A stretch of 64,000 nucleotides of DNA from an uncultured bacterium (GTDB lineage: Bacteria > Verrucomicrobiota > Verrucomicrobiia > Limisphaerales > UBA8199): assembly GCA_963749495.1 (NCBI GenBank), contig CAVVMW010000023.1:448001-512000 (forward strand), written 5' to 3'. Of this stretch, positions 22,204 to 32,356 are shown piece after piece. The notes beneath the pieces are model-generated. The model worked only from the letters and a program-made list of their open reading frames with translations, ran no database searches and was not told the DNA's origin. How positions within the stretch are numbered: the stretch's first letter is position 1; the number at the start of each line of letters is the position of its first letter. Position numbers and translations under genes: made by a program.

Positions 22204-23882
22204 GACTGGTCAGCAGAATGTATGGGTAAGTCGAGGCTCAGGTAAGCGGCCAAGGCAATGATACAGGGCCAATTCCATGGCTGGATAGGTGCGGAAGCCG
22301 TAAGATCGTCTGGTTACCACTCGAATCTTGTTGTTCAGGCCCTCGACGGCGGCGCTGGAGAGCTCACCTTTGGCCTCGAACCAATTCAAGATCAACGGCT
22401 CATGGGCGCGCAGCATCCGGGCCACCTTCTTCATTGGTTCGAGCCGGCTGCGCATGGCTCGAGCGCACCAATAACCCAGATAGGCCACCACATAGATCGG
22501 AGAACGGTAGTGCCAAAGGTAGTCGAAGCTCTCCTTGAGGTTCCAGGCCCGTGCCGTCGCCAGCTTGCTGGCCAACAGGGCGTTGAGCTTGGAGCGGGCA
22601 CGGCCCCGCACCCGGCTGCCCCGGCGCAACAACTGCCAGCGCATGCCCTTGAGCCGCTGAGCCAGGGGCCGGCCGTGCAAGCGCGACTGCTCGCCCCGGC
22701 GCACCTCGTCCACCGCCTCGTTGAGGTGCCCCACGATATGAAAGCGGTCCAGCACGTTGAGCGCCTGCGGTATCTTGGCCGCGATCACCTTCAGGTAGGG
22801 CTTCCACATGTCGCTGCACACATACTTCAGAGCGCTGACCACCGGGGCTCCCAATTCTGCCAAGCCCCGCCGCAACGTGGCTTGAGTGCGCCGCCGACCC
22901 AGCCACAGCAAGCGCCGACAGTGGGGGTCAATCTGGTAAATCACCGTCAGGAAGTTGTCGGCCTTCTGGCCCTTGCCCCAATGGATCTCGTCCACTCCGA
23001 TGGCCTCCACACCCTCCAGGCGCCGGTGCTCCAAACCCCATTGGACGAACCACTGCACCGAACGGTAGACGGCCTCCCAACTGGTGTGGAAGGCCTGGGC
23101 GGTTTCCTTCCAGGACAGCCGCCGGGCCCACCGGGCCAAGAGGCCCATCATCGCCGTCGTCACCGGCCGCTTGCCCTGGCTCCAGGGGATATGCTCGACG
23201 ACCACCCCGTCCTGCGGACAATTGACCCGCCGCGGGGGGTAGAGGAAATAGGTCTTGACGCCCCACATCGGCGGAAACAGCCAGGACCGCTGGGGCAACT
23301 GATCATAGCCGGGGACTGGCTGCAGGCACCGGGAGCACTTGGCGGGAATGCCGCCATGGGGTTGGAGGGTGATCTCGAGCCGCTGGCCACGGCCTCGGCG
23401 GTCCCGGCACAAGCGGATGTCCTGGTAAACGAAGCCCACAAAGTGTTGAATGTCGTTGAGAACCGTCTTAACCTTCAATTGCATAGCTGGTCTGCCGCTC
23501 GGTGGCGGGCGTGCTTTTCACATCTCGCAGGCTACCGCAAGCCAGGCAGATCAGCTATCGCTTTGTGGCGCTGGGCAGCCCTCCGAGCCAAGCACACCTT
23601 CACCAGCAATTCCTTAGCGGCGCATCATGGCGGAGGGCGGGGCTGTCAAGGTGGAGCGCAGCAGGGCACGAGGGCACGTGGCGAGCAATACCTTGACAGC
23701 CCCGCCCGGAGCCATACCCTGGCCGCGCCGGAATTGCTTGAAGTCCTTCTCCGGCCGTTAGGCCGCTCGATTCGTCGCGGAGCGTGCCGCGGGATGTTCC
23801 ACGACCGCCCAACTCACCAACGTCAACCCTCCGAACTGAACACGTGTCCAGATGTTTCACCCACAAATTGTGCGGGGGACCC
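22204..23882 (-). mobile_element. ISL3-family insertion sequence, copy 2 (1679 bp)
   Basis: Near-identical to 7386-9064; 8-bp direct repeat CAAATGGT at 22196-22203 and 23883-23890. Confidence 0.95.
22210..23484 (-). CDS. ISL3-family transposase
   Basis: 424 aa; differs from copy 1 by R/Q in 'RGRG(R/Q)RLE'. Confidence 0.95.
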   Translation of the reverse strand: MQLKVKTVLNDIQHFVGFVYQDIRLCRDRRGRGQRLEITLQPHGGIPAKCSRCLQPVPGYDQLPQRSWLFPPMWGVKTYFLYPPRRVNCPQDGVVVEHIPWSQGKRPVTTAMMGLLARWARRLSWKETAQAFHTSWEAVYRSVQWFVQWGLEHRRLEGVEAIGVDEIHWGKGQKADNFLTVIYQIDPHCRRLLWLGRRRTQATLRRGLAELGAPVVSALKYVCSDMWKPYLKVIAAKIPQALNVLDRFHIVGHLNEAVDEVRRGEQSRLHGRPLAQRLKGMRWQLLRRGSRVRGRARSKLNALLASKLATARAWNLKESFDYLWHYRSPIYVVAYLGYWCARAMRSRLEPMKKVARMLRAHEPLILNWFEAKGELSSAAVEGLNNKIRVVTRRSYGFRTYPAMELALYHCLGRLPEPRLTHTFC

Positions 23883-26800
23883 CAAATGGTATTATAGTAG
23901 GCCCGATCGTGGTGGGCAGCGCAGGCGATGCCTTCGTTAGCGACGGATTCAGCCAAACAGTGAAATTGCGTGGCGGCGATGGCACTACCTTGTGGTCAGC
24001 GCCGTATGGCGGCGGATACCTAGCGCTGGACATCGAAAGCAATGCCTTCGTTAGCGACGGATTCAGCCAAACCGTGAGATTGCGTGCCGGCGATGGCACT
24101 ACCGCGTGGACAGCGCAGTACGGCGGAGGCCTAGCGGTGGACAGCGTGGGCAATGTCTTCGTTAACGGGTGGACGTCGAGTTACGTGCCGATAGTGGCCA
24201 AATTGGACGCCGATTATGGCACGAACCTGTGGCTGCCGCTAGCGTCTTATGGCGGAGCCCTGGTGCTGGACAGCGCGGGCAATGCCGTCGTTACCGACGG
24301 AGGCAGCAGAATCGGCCAAACCGTGAAATTGCGTGGCGGCGATGGCAGCATTAAGTGGACAGCGCCGTACGGCGGAAACCTAGCGGTGGACAGCGTGGGC
24401 AATGCGTTCGTTAGCGAGTGGAGGTGGGTTAACGGGTCGCCGCAGCCGAGAGTGGTGAAATTGGATACCGAATATGGCACGAGCCTGTGGACAAATCTAG
24501 CGCCGTACGGATACCTAGCGGTGGACAGCGTGGGCAATGCCTTCGCTAGCGACGGATTCAGCCAAACCGTGAAATTGCGTGCCGAGGATGGCACCACCAT
24601 GTGGACAGCGCAGTACGGCGGAATCCTAGCGGTGGACAGCGCAGGCAATGCCTATGTTAGCGGGTGGAGTACCGGATTGGGGCAGCAGACAGTGGTGGAA
24701 TTGGATCCCGCTACTGGCACTGGCCTGTGGTCGCTCGCATTGGGGAGCGGGGAACAGGTCCCGCCCCAATCCATGCTGGCGGTTGTGGTCGATAGCGCAG
24801 GGGATGTTTATTGCTATGGTCCGCTTGGTGATCAGTCGCCCAACACGGCCACGGTGGCAAAGTATGTCCAGACATTGGTGGTGGACAGCCTTAACCCCGA
24901 CAGCACCCAGGCGACTGACTCAGGACCAGATCTTACTCTGACAATCAACGGCTCTGGTTTTATAGACGGCGCAACGGCTATGTGGAACGGAACCAACCTC
25001 CAGACAACATTCTCAACTTCAGCTCGATTGACTGCCACGATCCCGGGGGAGTACCTGAACACAACTGTGGCTATCACCACAGCCACAGTCACGGTCTCCA
25101 ATGTCAACAGCCTCCTGTCAAACCCGCAAGTCTTCACAATCAGCAATAATACTATTGTCGGGGGATTTCAAAGTGCGGTTTCCCTTCCGGGCCAGAGTGT
25201 GAGCGTGGCCACCCCGAACCTCACAAATGCTCTGGCTTCAGGCCAAGCCGCAATCGCCGCTACGGTGAACAATTCGGGCACTTCGGATTACATCGAGGTC
25301 ACCGCCGCGTCCTTGACTTCAGCGCCGGCGAGCGGGACCATCATCGATGTTGGCGGCGGTTACGTTAACCTCAAGGTCACGGGCGCCAGCACAAGCGACT
25401 CAGCCACAGTGAGTTTTTATTATTCTTCCACTGTGATGGGCGACGATGAGTTTAACCTTGTTCTGTGTTATTACGCTGGCGACGATAATTGGCCGGAAGT
25501 CAAGAGCAGCGGGGATGTTCCTCCGGTCAAGGACATGACTGATAACTTGGACAACACGAAATCCGGAGGCCGCTTTACGGTAACGTTCGATAACACAAGC
25601 ACGCCGACGCTTACGCAACTGACCGGTTCGGCTTTTACCATGGCCCTGCCTCCCACGACACCGCCCGTCATCGTTTGCCCGGCTAACATCGTGGCGAGCA
25701 CGGACCCCGGCTTGTGCTCGGCGGTGGTGACCTATGAAGTAACAGCGACGGCCAATGTCGGCGCAGCGACGGTTGTAAGCACTCCGCCGTCGGGTTCCGA
25801 ATTCCCTAAGGGCACAACGGTGGTGAACTGCATCGCCACCGATGGTTACGGCAACCACTCCTCTTGCAGCTTTACTGTTACGGTCAATGACACCGAGAAA
25901 CCACAACTCACAGTTCCCGGGCCATTGACGGTTCGCGCTACCAGCATTAATGGAGCCGTGGTGGCTTTCACCCCCACTGCCACCGACAATTGCCCGGGCG
26001 TCGAAGTCACCTCGAGTCCAACCTCCGGCGCGTTATTCCCACTTGGTGGGACCACAGTTACCGTGAACGCTACCGACACAAGCGGCAATACCGCATCGAA
26101 GACTTTCACAATCACAGTCCTCGCCGACGTGGTGCTCGAAGGACCGTTGAGCGTTAATGCCGGCACGATCAAAGGATCGGTCGAACTGTTGGCTGGCAAT
26201 TCAGTTACGCTCAACAGTGATGCATCCATTACCGGTGATTTGGTGGCGCCAGGAACACCAAAGCTCGTCAAGAATGGCCAATCGACCGTTCAGGGCACGA
26301 TCGTCGGATCGGGAAGCCCTCAACCTTCAGGATACTCGGTCACGCTTAATGGTGATTCGAGCTTGCGATATCTGCGCACGAGGATCAATCCCATATCGAT
26401 GCCCGCTGTGGCGGCCCCACCGGCCCCAACCGGGACCCGCAACGTGACGCTGACCAATTTCGGCCAAAGCCCTGGGGACTTCAGCACCGTGAGAAACCTA
26501 ACCCTCAGCGGAAACGTCGGACTCGTCACGATACCGCCGGGGACTTATGGTAATTTCACGGTCAATGGGAGCGCTGGCTTTGTCCTGGGCACTGCTGGTT
26601 CAAGCCAGCCTGCCGTGTACAATCTGCAAAACCTCACCCTTAACAGCACCGCACAAGTCGTCGTGGTTGGCCCTGTCATTTTGGTGTTGGCTAATAGTTT
26701 GAGCGCCAATGGGCCCGTTGGCATCTCGACGCACCCTGCTTGGTTGCAATTAATGATCGCCAGCGGCGGGGTCACCCTCAACGGCGGCTGCAAATTGGCA

Positions 26801-27154
26801 GCATTGGTCACCGCCCCACACGGTAGTGTAATTATCAATGGAAACACTGAGTTGATCGGCGCTCTTCAGTGCAATCAACTCACCATCAATAGCGGCGGGC
26901 TTCTACAAGGTGCAGCAAATTAGGCTGACGTGGAACGTAGCCCACAATTCAGCGACAAACAAATGAAGCTGCCGCCCAGCGCCGAAGAACAAAGGAAGGA
27001 AGGGCCATAAAAGGCGAAAGATCCCAACCAAACCGAATGGGGCTGTTGAGGGTCTGCGGCATTGGGGAATGGGGATTCTGGTCCGTGGTGAATGGGCTGA
27101 CGAACATGGACCTGGGGAGCGGGTGCGATGAGGAATGGCGGAAGAGGCGGGCGA

Positions 27155-27378
27155 AGGTGAAGAGGGTTCCCAGTCCCCACCCAACCGATTCGGCGGTGGG
27201 ATAGATCTTGAGCCCGGTGACGTTGTGCCAGATGAATTCACTGGGGCCGCCAACCTGGGAGGCGACGACGGGTTTGCCCGCGGCCCAGCCTTCGAGGGCG
27301 GAGATGCCGAAGGGTTCGTTGCGGCTGGGCAGGCACACGACATCGCAGGCCTTGTAGAGGTCGATCAGCGCGGCGGAA
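27155..27378 (-). pseudogene. Orphan fragment of a GT4 glycosyltransferase
   Basis: 'LYKACDVVCLPSRNEPFGISALEGWAAGKPVVASQVGGPSE' (GT4 EX7E signature) with no N- or C-terminus. Confidence 0.65.
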
Positions 27379-27396
27379 TTGATTTTTGCACGGGCG

Positions 27397-28749
27397 CTAA
27401 AACCCGCCCTTGAAGAACCAGCGCTGGCTGCTCGGGTCCTGTGCCACGTGCAGCCGAAATTCCTTCTCGCTGCCATCCTTGAACCGGAGTTTATAGGGCA
27501 CAAACCACATGTTCGAGCCGAAGCTGTTGGTGGGCTGGCCGACGCTCACGATTTCCAGGCCGGCCAGGTAATTGCTCTTCATCTCGTCAGTGAACATCCG
27601 GTCATACAACTCGCGCGGCACCCCCGGCTCTGCATAGTTGGTGAAAAAGCCATCCCAATCACCCCGCGCCCAGGCCTCGAAGATGCCCCGGGTAGCGCCG
27701 TCGGGGGTCTTTGGATAATCCTCAGTCAATGTCCAGGGCTGGCGCTCGGCCGGGGCATTCGGGCCGCGTGACTGACCCTTCCGCGCATTGGCCAGCAGGC
27801 TTGCGAGTTCATTGGTTTGGCGGCGCAATACTCCCACTTCGCCGCGAAGCCGCAGCAATTCGGTCGACTGCCCGTCCGGCGGGGGCTGGGATTGGGCGGC
27901 CGGCGCGGGGCGGTTGGCCAGCCCCTCGTTGTCCGTTTTCAGTTGAGTCACTTCCTGCCGCAATGCTTCGTTTTCCGCCTGCGTTCGCTTCTGAACTTGA
28001 TGCTGCACGACTAGCGCCGTGGTCGCGCCGAGCGCGACGAGCGCCGTGAGGCCGAGTGTGAGTTTTGTTGCTGTCATAAGCTTTAAAATGGCGAGAGTTG
28101 CGCCGGTTTGAGACGCGGTGATCGAAGCCGTTGCCAGCGTCGCGGCCAGGCTGGCGGGGGCGAGTTGGACGGCATTGGCGGAAACGACGGAGGCCAAGGC
28201 GCCGGTTGTGGCGATGCCGCGCCGGGCCAGCACGCTGCGCAGTTTCTCCAGCGCGCGGTCGACGCGCATTCGCGCGGCGTTTTCGTTCAAGCCGAGTTTG
28301 GCGCCGACCTCGGCGAAGGGCCGGTTCTCGAAGAAACGGAGCAAGATGGCCTCGCGGTCGGCGGCCTTGAGCTCGTGCATGACGTCGTCCAGCACGGGGC
28401 GGATCTTCTCCCAATCCATTTCCGGCGCGGGTTGGCTGGCGGGTTGGCGCATAAATTGTTCCTCACGTTCGCGCCGGCGGCTCTCGGCGCGCACGATCTT
28501 CGCCGAGGCGAAGTGCGCGCTGGTGTAAAGCCACCCGGTCAGGCTCTCGCGGCCTGCCAGTGAACCGGCCTTGCGGGCGAGGTCGGTGAAGACGCTCTGC
28601 GCCACATCCTGGGCGAGGTGAGCGTCGCCGGCGCACCGCCGCAACGCGGCGGAATAGACCAGGTTGACATGCCGCCGGACCACCTCGGCGAACGCGTCCT
28701 CAGAACCGGTTCGGGCAAATTGCCGGAGCAAATCTGGATCAGATGTCAT
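27397..28749 (-). CDS. ECF sigma-70 factor with C-terminal TM/extracytoplasmic extension
   Basis: 'DAFAEVVRRHVNLVYSAA', 'AQDVAQSVFTDLARKA', region 4 'ENAARMRVDRALEKLR', then a TM segment and coiled coil. Confidence 0.9.
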   Translation of the reverse strand: MTSDPDLLRQFARTGSEDAFAEVVRRHVNLVYSAALRRCAGDAHLAQDVAQSVFTDLARKAGSLAGRESLTGWLYTSAHFASAKIVRAESRRREREEQFMRQPASQPAPEMDWEKIRPVLDDVMHELKAADREAILLRFFENRPFAEVGAKLGLNENAARMRVDRALEKLRSVLARRGIATTGALASVVSANAVQLAPASLAATLATASITASQTGATLAILKLMTATKLTLGLTALVALGATTALVVQHQVQKRTQAENEALRQEVTQLKTDNEGLANRPAPAAQSQPPPDGQSTELLRLRGEVGVLRRQTNELASLLANARKGQSRGPNAPAERQPWTLTEDYPKTPDGATRGIFEAWARGDWDGFFTNYAEPGVPRELYDRMFTDEMKSNYLAGLEIVSVGQPTNSFGSNMWFVPYKLRFKDGSEKEFRLHVAQDPSSQRWFFKGGF

Positions 28750-28832
28750 TTTCAACTTCAATTCATAGCACCCGCGCGAACGCAAATCGCACAAAAAAAA
28801 TCGCCCGGCGCGCTTGCGGGGACGGGCGGAGT

Positions 28833-29012
28833 GGTGGATTGATGGATTGATGGATTGGTGGATTGGTGGATTGGTGGATTGATGGATTGGCGGATTGGCG
28901 GATTGGTGGATTGGCGGATTGGTGGATTGATGGATTGGTGGATTAGTGCATTGGTGGATTACACCAAGCGCGTGATCCCATTCATCCATTCATCCACAAA
29001 TCCATTCATCCA
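28833..29012. repeat. Degenerate 8-mer tandem repeat (TGGATTGR)n with a shorter inverted block (CCATTCAT)n
   Basis: Visible directly between the sppA stop and the ECF gene start. Confidence 0.9.
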
Positions 29013-29013
29013 T

Positions 29014-30915
29014 TTATTGCTGCGGGAGGATCTCCGGCATCGTCAGCACCACGCCTTCTTTTTGGACGATCTCCAGGCGCAGCAGGACTGACATCACGGC
29101 GGCGGCGCGCCGGGGGTCGAGGTTCTGCAAATAGGGCGCCGCCAGCTTGAACAAGGAATCCCCCGAGGCCCCCACGCGAACGTGGCCCGTGTCGTCTTTC
29201 TCGCCCGAGAACCGTTCCATCAACTGTTCCAGGAACCCCTTGGGCTCGGGCAGGACGCGCACGTCATAGTCCTTGACTTTGGCCTGCTCGGCGGCATAGC
29301 CGAGGGCGTCCCGCAGGGTCCCCAACCGGTCCACCAACCCAAGTTCCTGCGCCTGCCGCCCCGTATAGACCCGCCCGCCCGCCACCTCGTCGATGGGTTT
29401 CTTGAGGCGATTGCCCCGGATTTCGGTCACGTGGCTCTTGAAGCCGGCATAAATGTCGTCCATGAAATCCCGCACCCGGGCGCGCTCGCTCTCGGTGAAT
29501 ACGTCATCAGAGGAGAAGATGCCGGCGTTCTGCCCGCGCTTGTATTCCTTGAAAGTGATGCCAATCTTCTTCCACATCTCGGTTGTGGCGAGTTTGCCCG
29601 CCAGGACGCCGATGGAGCCGGTCAGGGTCGTTGCATCGGCGAAAATGGTATCGGCGGCGCAGGCGACGTAATAGCCGCCGCTGCCCGCCACGTCCCCCAT
29701 CGAGACCACGAAGGGCTTTTTGGCCTTCACGCGCCGGGTGGCATCAAGGATGATCTCGCTGGCTGTGGCCGAGCCGCCGGGCGAATCAATGCGCAGCACG
29801 ACCGCCTTTATAGCATCATCGGCCCCCGCTTTGTCGAGGGCCTCCCGCACATCGGTGCTGAACGCGCCCAGGCTGCCCCCGAACGGGTTGGCCGTGCCTT
29901 TGCCAGTCAGGATCGGGCCGTCAACATAGACGATGGCGATGACGGGCTTGGCCGTGGCCTTCTTCTGGGCGCCGCGCAAGAGATCGCCCCAAAGCTTGAA
30001 GATGGCGAACGGGGAGGAGAAATCCAGGGCGGCCTGGCTCTTGCGGCCGTACTTCTTGTTGAAGACAACCTCCTGCCCATAGCGCTCGCGGAGCATCGCC
30101 TCGAAGTCCTGGCGTTGCTCGACTGCATCGATCAGGCCGGCGGCCTTGGCCTGCTGGGCGGTGAACAGTCCGCTGTCCAGCCAGCCCTGCACCTTGCCGG
30201 ACTCCGCCTTGCGGCCCTGGGCTATCAGGTCCTTGAAGCTGGCGTACCAACTGTCCATCAGCCAATTCATCATCTCGTCGGCCTCGGGGCTGGGCTGCTC
30301 CCGCGTGAACAATTCGACGGCGCTCTTGTAGGCCCCTTCGGTGAGGAAGTCGGGTTTGACGCCGATCTTGTCCAGCAGGCCCCGGACGTGCAACGAACTG
30401 CCCTGCAAGCCGGGCACCAGCACCGTGCCCGCAGGCACCACGCTCAGGCGCGAGGCCCCGCACGCCAGCGCATACTGCGCCATCCACAGCGAATCGGCGT
30501 GGACAAACACCTCCTTGCCGCGGCTGCGGACCTGCGACATCGCCGCGCGCAATTCCTCCACTTGGCCCAAACCGGGCAAGGCGGACTCGGGCAGGATGAC
30601 CACCGCCTTGACGGCCGAGTCATTCGCCGCCTTGCCCAGGGCAGCCACCAACTCCTGCAAGGTCGTCCCGGGCTGGCCAAACAGCGGGAACTCCTCCGCC
30701 GCCGGCGCCTCAGTCAGCGGGCCCTCCAGCCGGAACACCGCCACCACGCTTTGTTCCGCATCATTGGCCTGCGCTTCGCCGGCCGTTGCCTGCGCCGGGG
30801 GTCCCGCCAGCGCCAAAGCCAGGACGGCGCCCCACAGAACCGCTAATGCAACCGGGAAATCTCGCTTTTCGACGCCCGGACAGGAAGAGGAGAATAGATT
30901 ATAGGTCGTGCTCAT
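29014..30915 (-). CDS. sppA: Signal peptide peptidase SppA (protease IV, long form)
   Basis: 'GAYKSAVE', 'VVLRIDSPGGS', 'SMGDVAGSGGYY', 'TLTGSIGV', 'GRVYTGRQA'. Confidence 0.95.
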   Translation of the reverse strand: MSTTYNLFSSSCPGVEKRDFPVALAVLWGAVLALALAGPPAQATAGEAQANDAEQSVVAVFRLEGPLTEAPAAEEFPLFGQPGTTLQELVAALGKAANDSAVKAVVILPESALPGLGQVEELRAAMSQVRSRGKEVFVHADSLWMAQYALACGASRLSVVPAGTVLVPGLQGSSLHVRGLLDKIGVKPDFLTEGAYKSAVELFTREQPSPEADEMMNWLMDSWYASFKDLIAQGRKAESGKVQGWLDSGLFTAQQAKAAGLIDAVEQRQDFEAMLRERYGQEVVFNKKYGRKSQAALDFSSPFAIFKLWGDLLRGAQKKATAKPVIAIVYVDGPILTGKGTANPFGGSLGAFSTDVREALDKAGADDAIKAVVLRIDSPGGSATASEIILDATRRVKAKKPFVVSMGDVAGSGGYYVACAADTIFADATTLTGSIGVLAGKLATTEMWKKIGITFKEYKRGQNAGIFSSDDVFTESERARVRDFMDDIYAGFKSHVTEIRGNRLKKPIDEVAGGRVYTGRQAQELGLVDRLGTLRDALGYAAEQAKVKDYDVRVLPEPKGFLEQLMERFSGEKDDTGHVRVGASGDSLFKLAAPYLQNLDPRRAAAVMSVLLRLEIVQKEGVVLTMPEILPQQ

Positions 30916-31124
30916 GTTTCACCATCGTTGCCTGGATAATGCACTGCCGCCGCTCAGAGTCAACCCTCGGCACGCGGAAAAGAGGGAGGGTGAAGAATTC
31001 TGTCCTGGGGCGTAGGACAAGAATCTTCACAAAATGGGTTTTGCTAGGCTTTCGTCACAAAGAGTATCTAGGAATCCAGATACGAACTGGCACGGACCCG
31101 GTCGATGCCGCCGCATCAGGCCAC

Positions 31125-31216
31125 CTCTTCGTTTCCTTCGTTTCCTTCTGTTCTGTTCCTGTGCCCAGCCGGCGGGATGCAGCAAAAGAACAGAAGGAAA
31201 CCAAGGAAACGAAGGA
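31125..31216. repeat. Inverted 9-mer-type repeat element (TTCGTTTCC.. / GGAAACGAA..); left arm recurs at ~35325-35365
   Basis: 'cctcttcgtttccttcgtttccttctgttctgttcctg' pairs with 'agaacagaaggaaaccaaggaaacgaagg'; a near-identical left arm precedes the ABC operon. Confidence 0.75.
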
Positions 31217-31357
31217 CCGAAGACCCAGATCGGCTCTGAGAGTTGCGATCTGGAGGTCCGAGAAGAATTCTGTCTGCCACTCTCTGTCCTGCGCCCGGCC
31301 GCTAACGGCTTGACATGGCCGGCACTCTGGGTCCCCTTATCCGGCGGAATGGGCTCG

Positions 31358-32218
31358 ATGAACACAAATCCTGGGAGGCTGTCGGAACGAATGGCCCGGG
31401 TGAGGCTCATGCTCGATTTTGCCCTGCGGCGCGGCAGCACGATGAGGGAGCGGGCGCGCTTGTTTTACCACGCGGGGCTCAAGCCGGCGCTGGCCGCGCG
31501 CGGATGGAGCCGCTACCGGCCCGAGAGGCTCCTGTGCTTCCCGATGAAAGTCGCGCACCACGGCGCCTTCCGCGTCCACGCGCGCGACAACATGCTGGAT
31601 CTGTACACGGTGGTTGAGTTCTTCTCCTCCCGCTGGGTGCTCATCCCGCCGGAACTCCCGGCCTTCGAGCCGGAGGTCATCTATGACGTGGGCGCCAACA
31701 TCGGGATGGCGTCCTTGTTCTATGCCACCCACTACCCAAAGGCCAGGTTCTTTGCCTTCGAGCCGGTCCCGGCCAACTTCGAGGTCTGCCGGCTCAACTT
31801 CAGTAATTTGCCGCGCAGCGAGGTCTTTCCCTGGGCGATCGGCTCGCACAGCGGGACCGCTGCCTTCGAGTTCTCGGAGGAGGACCTGCGGGGAGGGCGG
31901 CTCCAAGCCAGGCCGCAGCCGGGGGACAATAGTGCGAAGAAACGAATCGAGGTGGCGCTGGTTTCGATTGCCGACCTGGCAGCCCAAAAGAAGCTGCCCC
32001 CGCCAGACTTCCTCAAGATCGATGTCGAGGGGGCGGAGTTGGAAGTGCTGGAGGGCATGGGGGAGCAGGCGCCCAGGATCCGGCGCCTGCTGGTCGAGAC
32101 GCACGGGCCGGAGTTGGAGGCCGCCTGCCGGCGCTGGCTCCAGGGACACGGGTTTGTCATCCGCCACTCGCACGAGGCCGCCCCCGGCTGGGCCGCTATC
32201 TGGTGCGAGAGGGAGTGA
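31358..32218 (+). CDS. FkbM family methyltransferase
   Basis: 'IYDVGANIG', 'FAFEPVPAN', 'FLKIDVEGAELEVL'; start uncertain. Confidence 0.9.
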   Translation: MNTNPGRLSERMARVRLMLDFALRRGSTMRERARLFYHAGLKPALAARGWSRYRPERLLCFPMKVAHHGAFRVHARDNMLDLYTVVEFFSSRWVLIPPELPAFEPEVIYDVGANIGMASLFYATHYPKARFFAFEPVPANFEVCRLNFSNLPRSEVFPWAIGSHSGTAAFEFSEEDLRGGRLQARPQPGDNSAKKRIEVALVSIADLAAQKKLPPPDFLKIDVEGAELEVLEGMGEQAPRIRRLLVETHGPELEAACRRWLQGHGFVIRHSHEAAPGWAAIWCERE

Positions 32219-32234
32219 GAGCGGGGAGGGAAAA

Positions 32235-32332
32235 ATGACGAATGACGAATGACGAATGACGAATGACGAATGACAAAATGTCCCCTGTCCCTTTGGTCCC
32301 TTTCGTCATTCGTCATTCGTCATTCGTCATTC
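32235..32332. repeat. Inverted heptamer repeat (GAATGAC)n/(GTCATTC)n between convergent genes
   Basis: Visible directly; forms a long hairpin with a central TCCCTTTGG-type 9-mer. Confidence 0.9.
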
Positions 32333-32356
32333 CTCGCTCCCCCCGCCCCTCGACGC

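Larger units (their letters stand above)
22054..26923 (+). pseudogene. Large secreted protein (beta-propeller repeats, IPT/TIG-like, two HYR domains, beta-helix-like C-terminus) interrupted by ISL3
   Basis: The 50 codons at 22054-22203 (signal peptide) join in frame to 23891-26923 once the IS and one target copy are removed ('LNTNG|IIVGP'), giving ~1060 aa. Repeats 'LAVDSxGNAFVS'; HYR 'PPSGSEFPKGTTVVNCIATD'. Confidence 0.85.

Noticed and set aside
7386..23882. Composite transposon bounded by the two ISL3 copies
   Set aside because: Each copy has its own different target duplication, so they inserted independently.
23900..24700. Possible diversity-generating retroelement template/variable repeats
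   Set aside because: The repeats are in-frame propeller blades, differences are not visibly adenine-specific, and no reverse transcriptase is present.
28750..28989. N-terminal 'PPIHQSTN' repeat extension of the ECF sigma factor
   Set aside because: It is a translation of the intergenic 8-mer repeat; the sigma domain starts at 28749.
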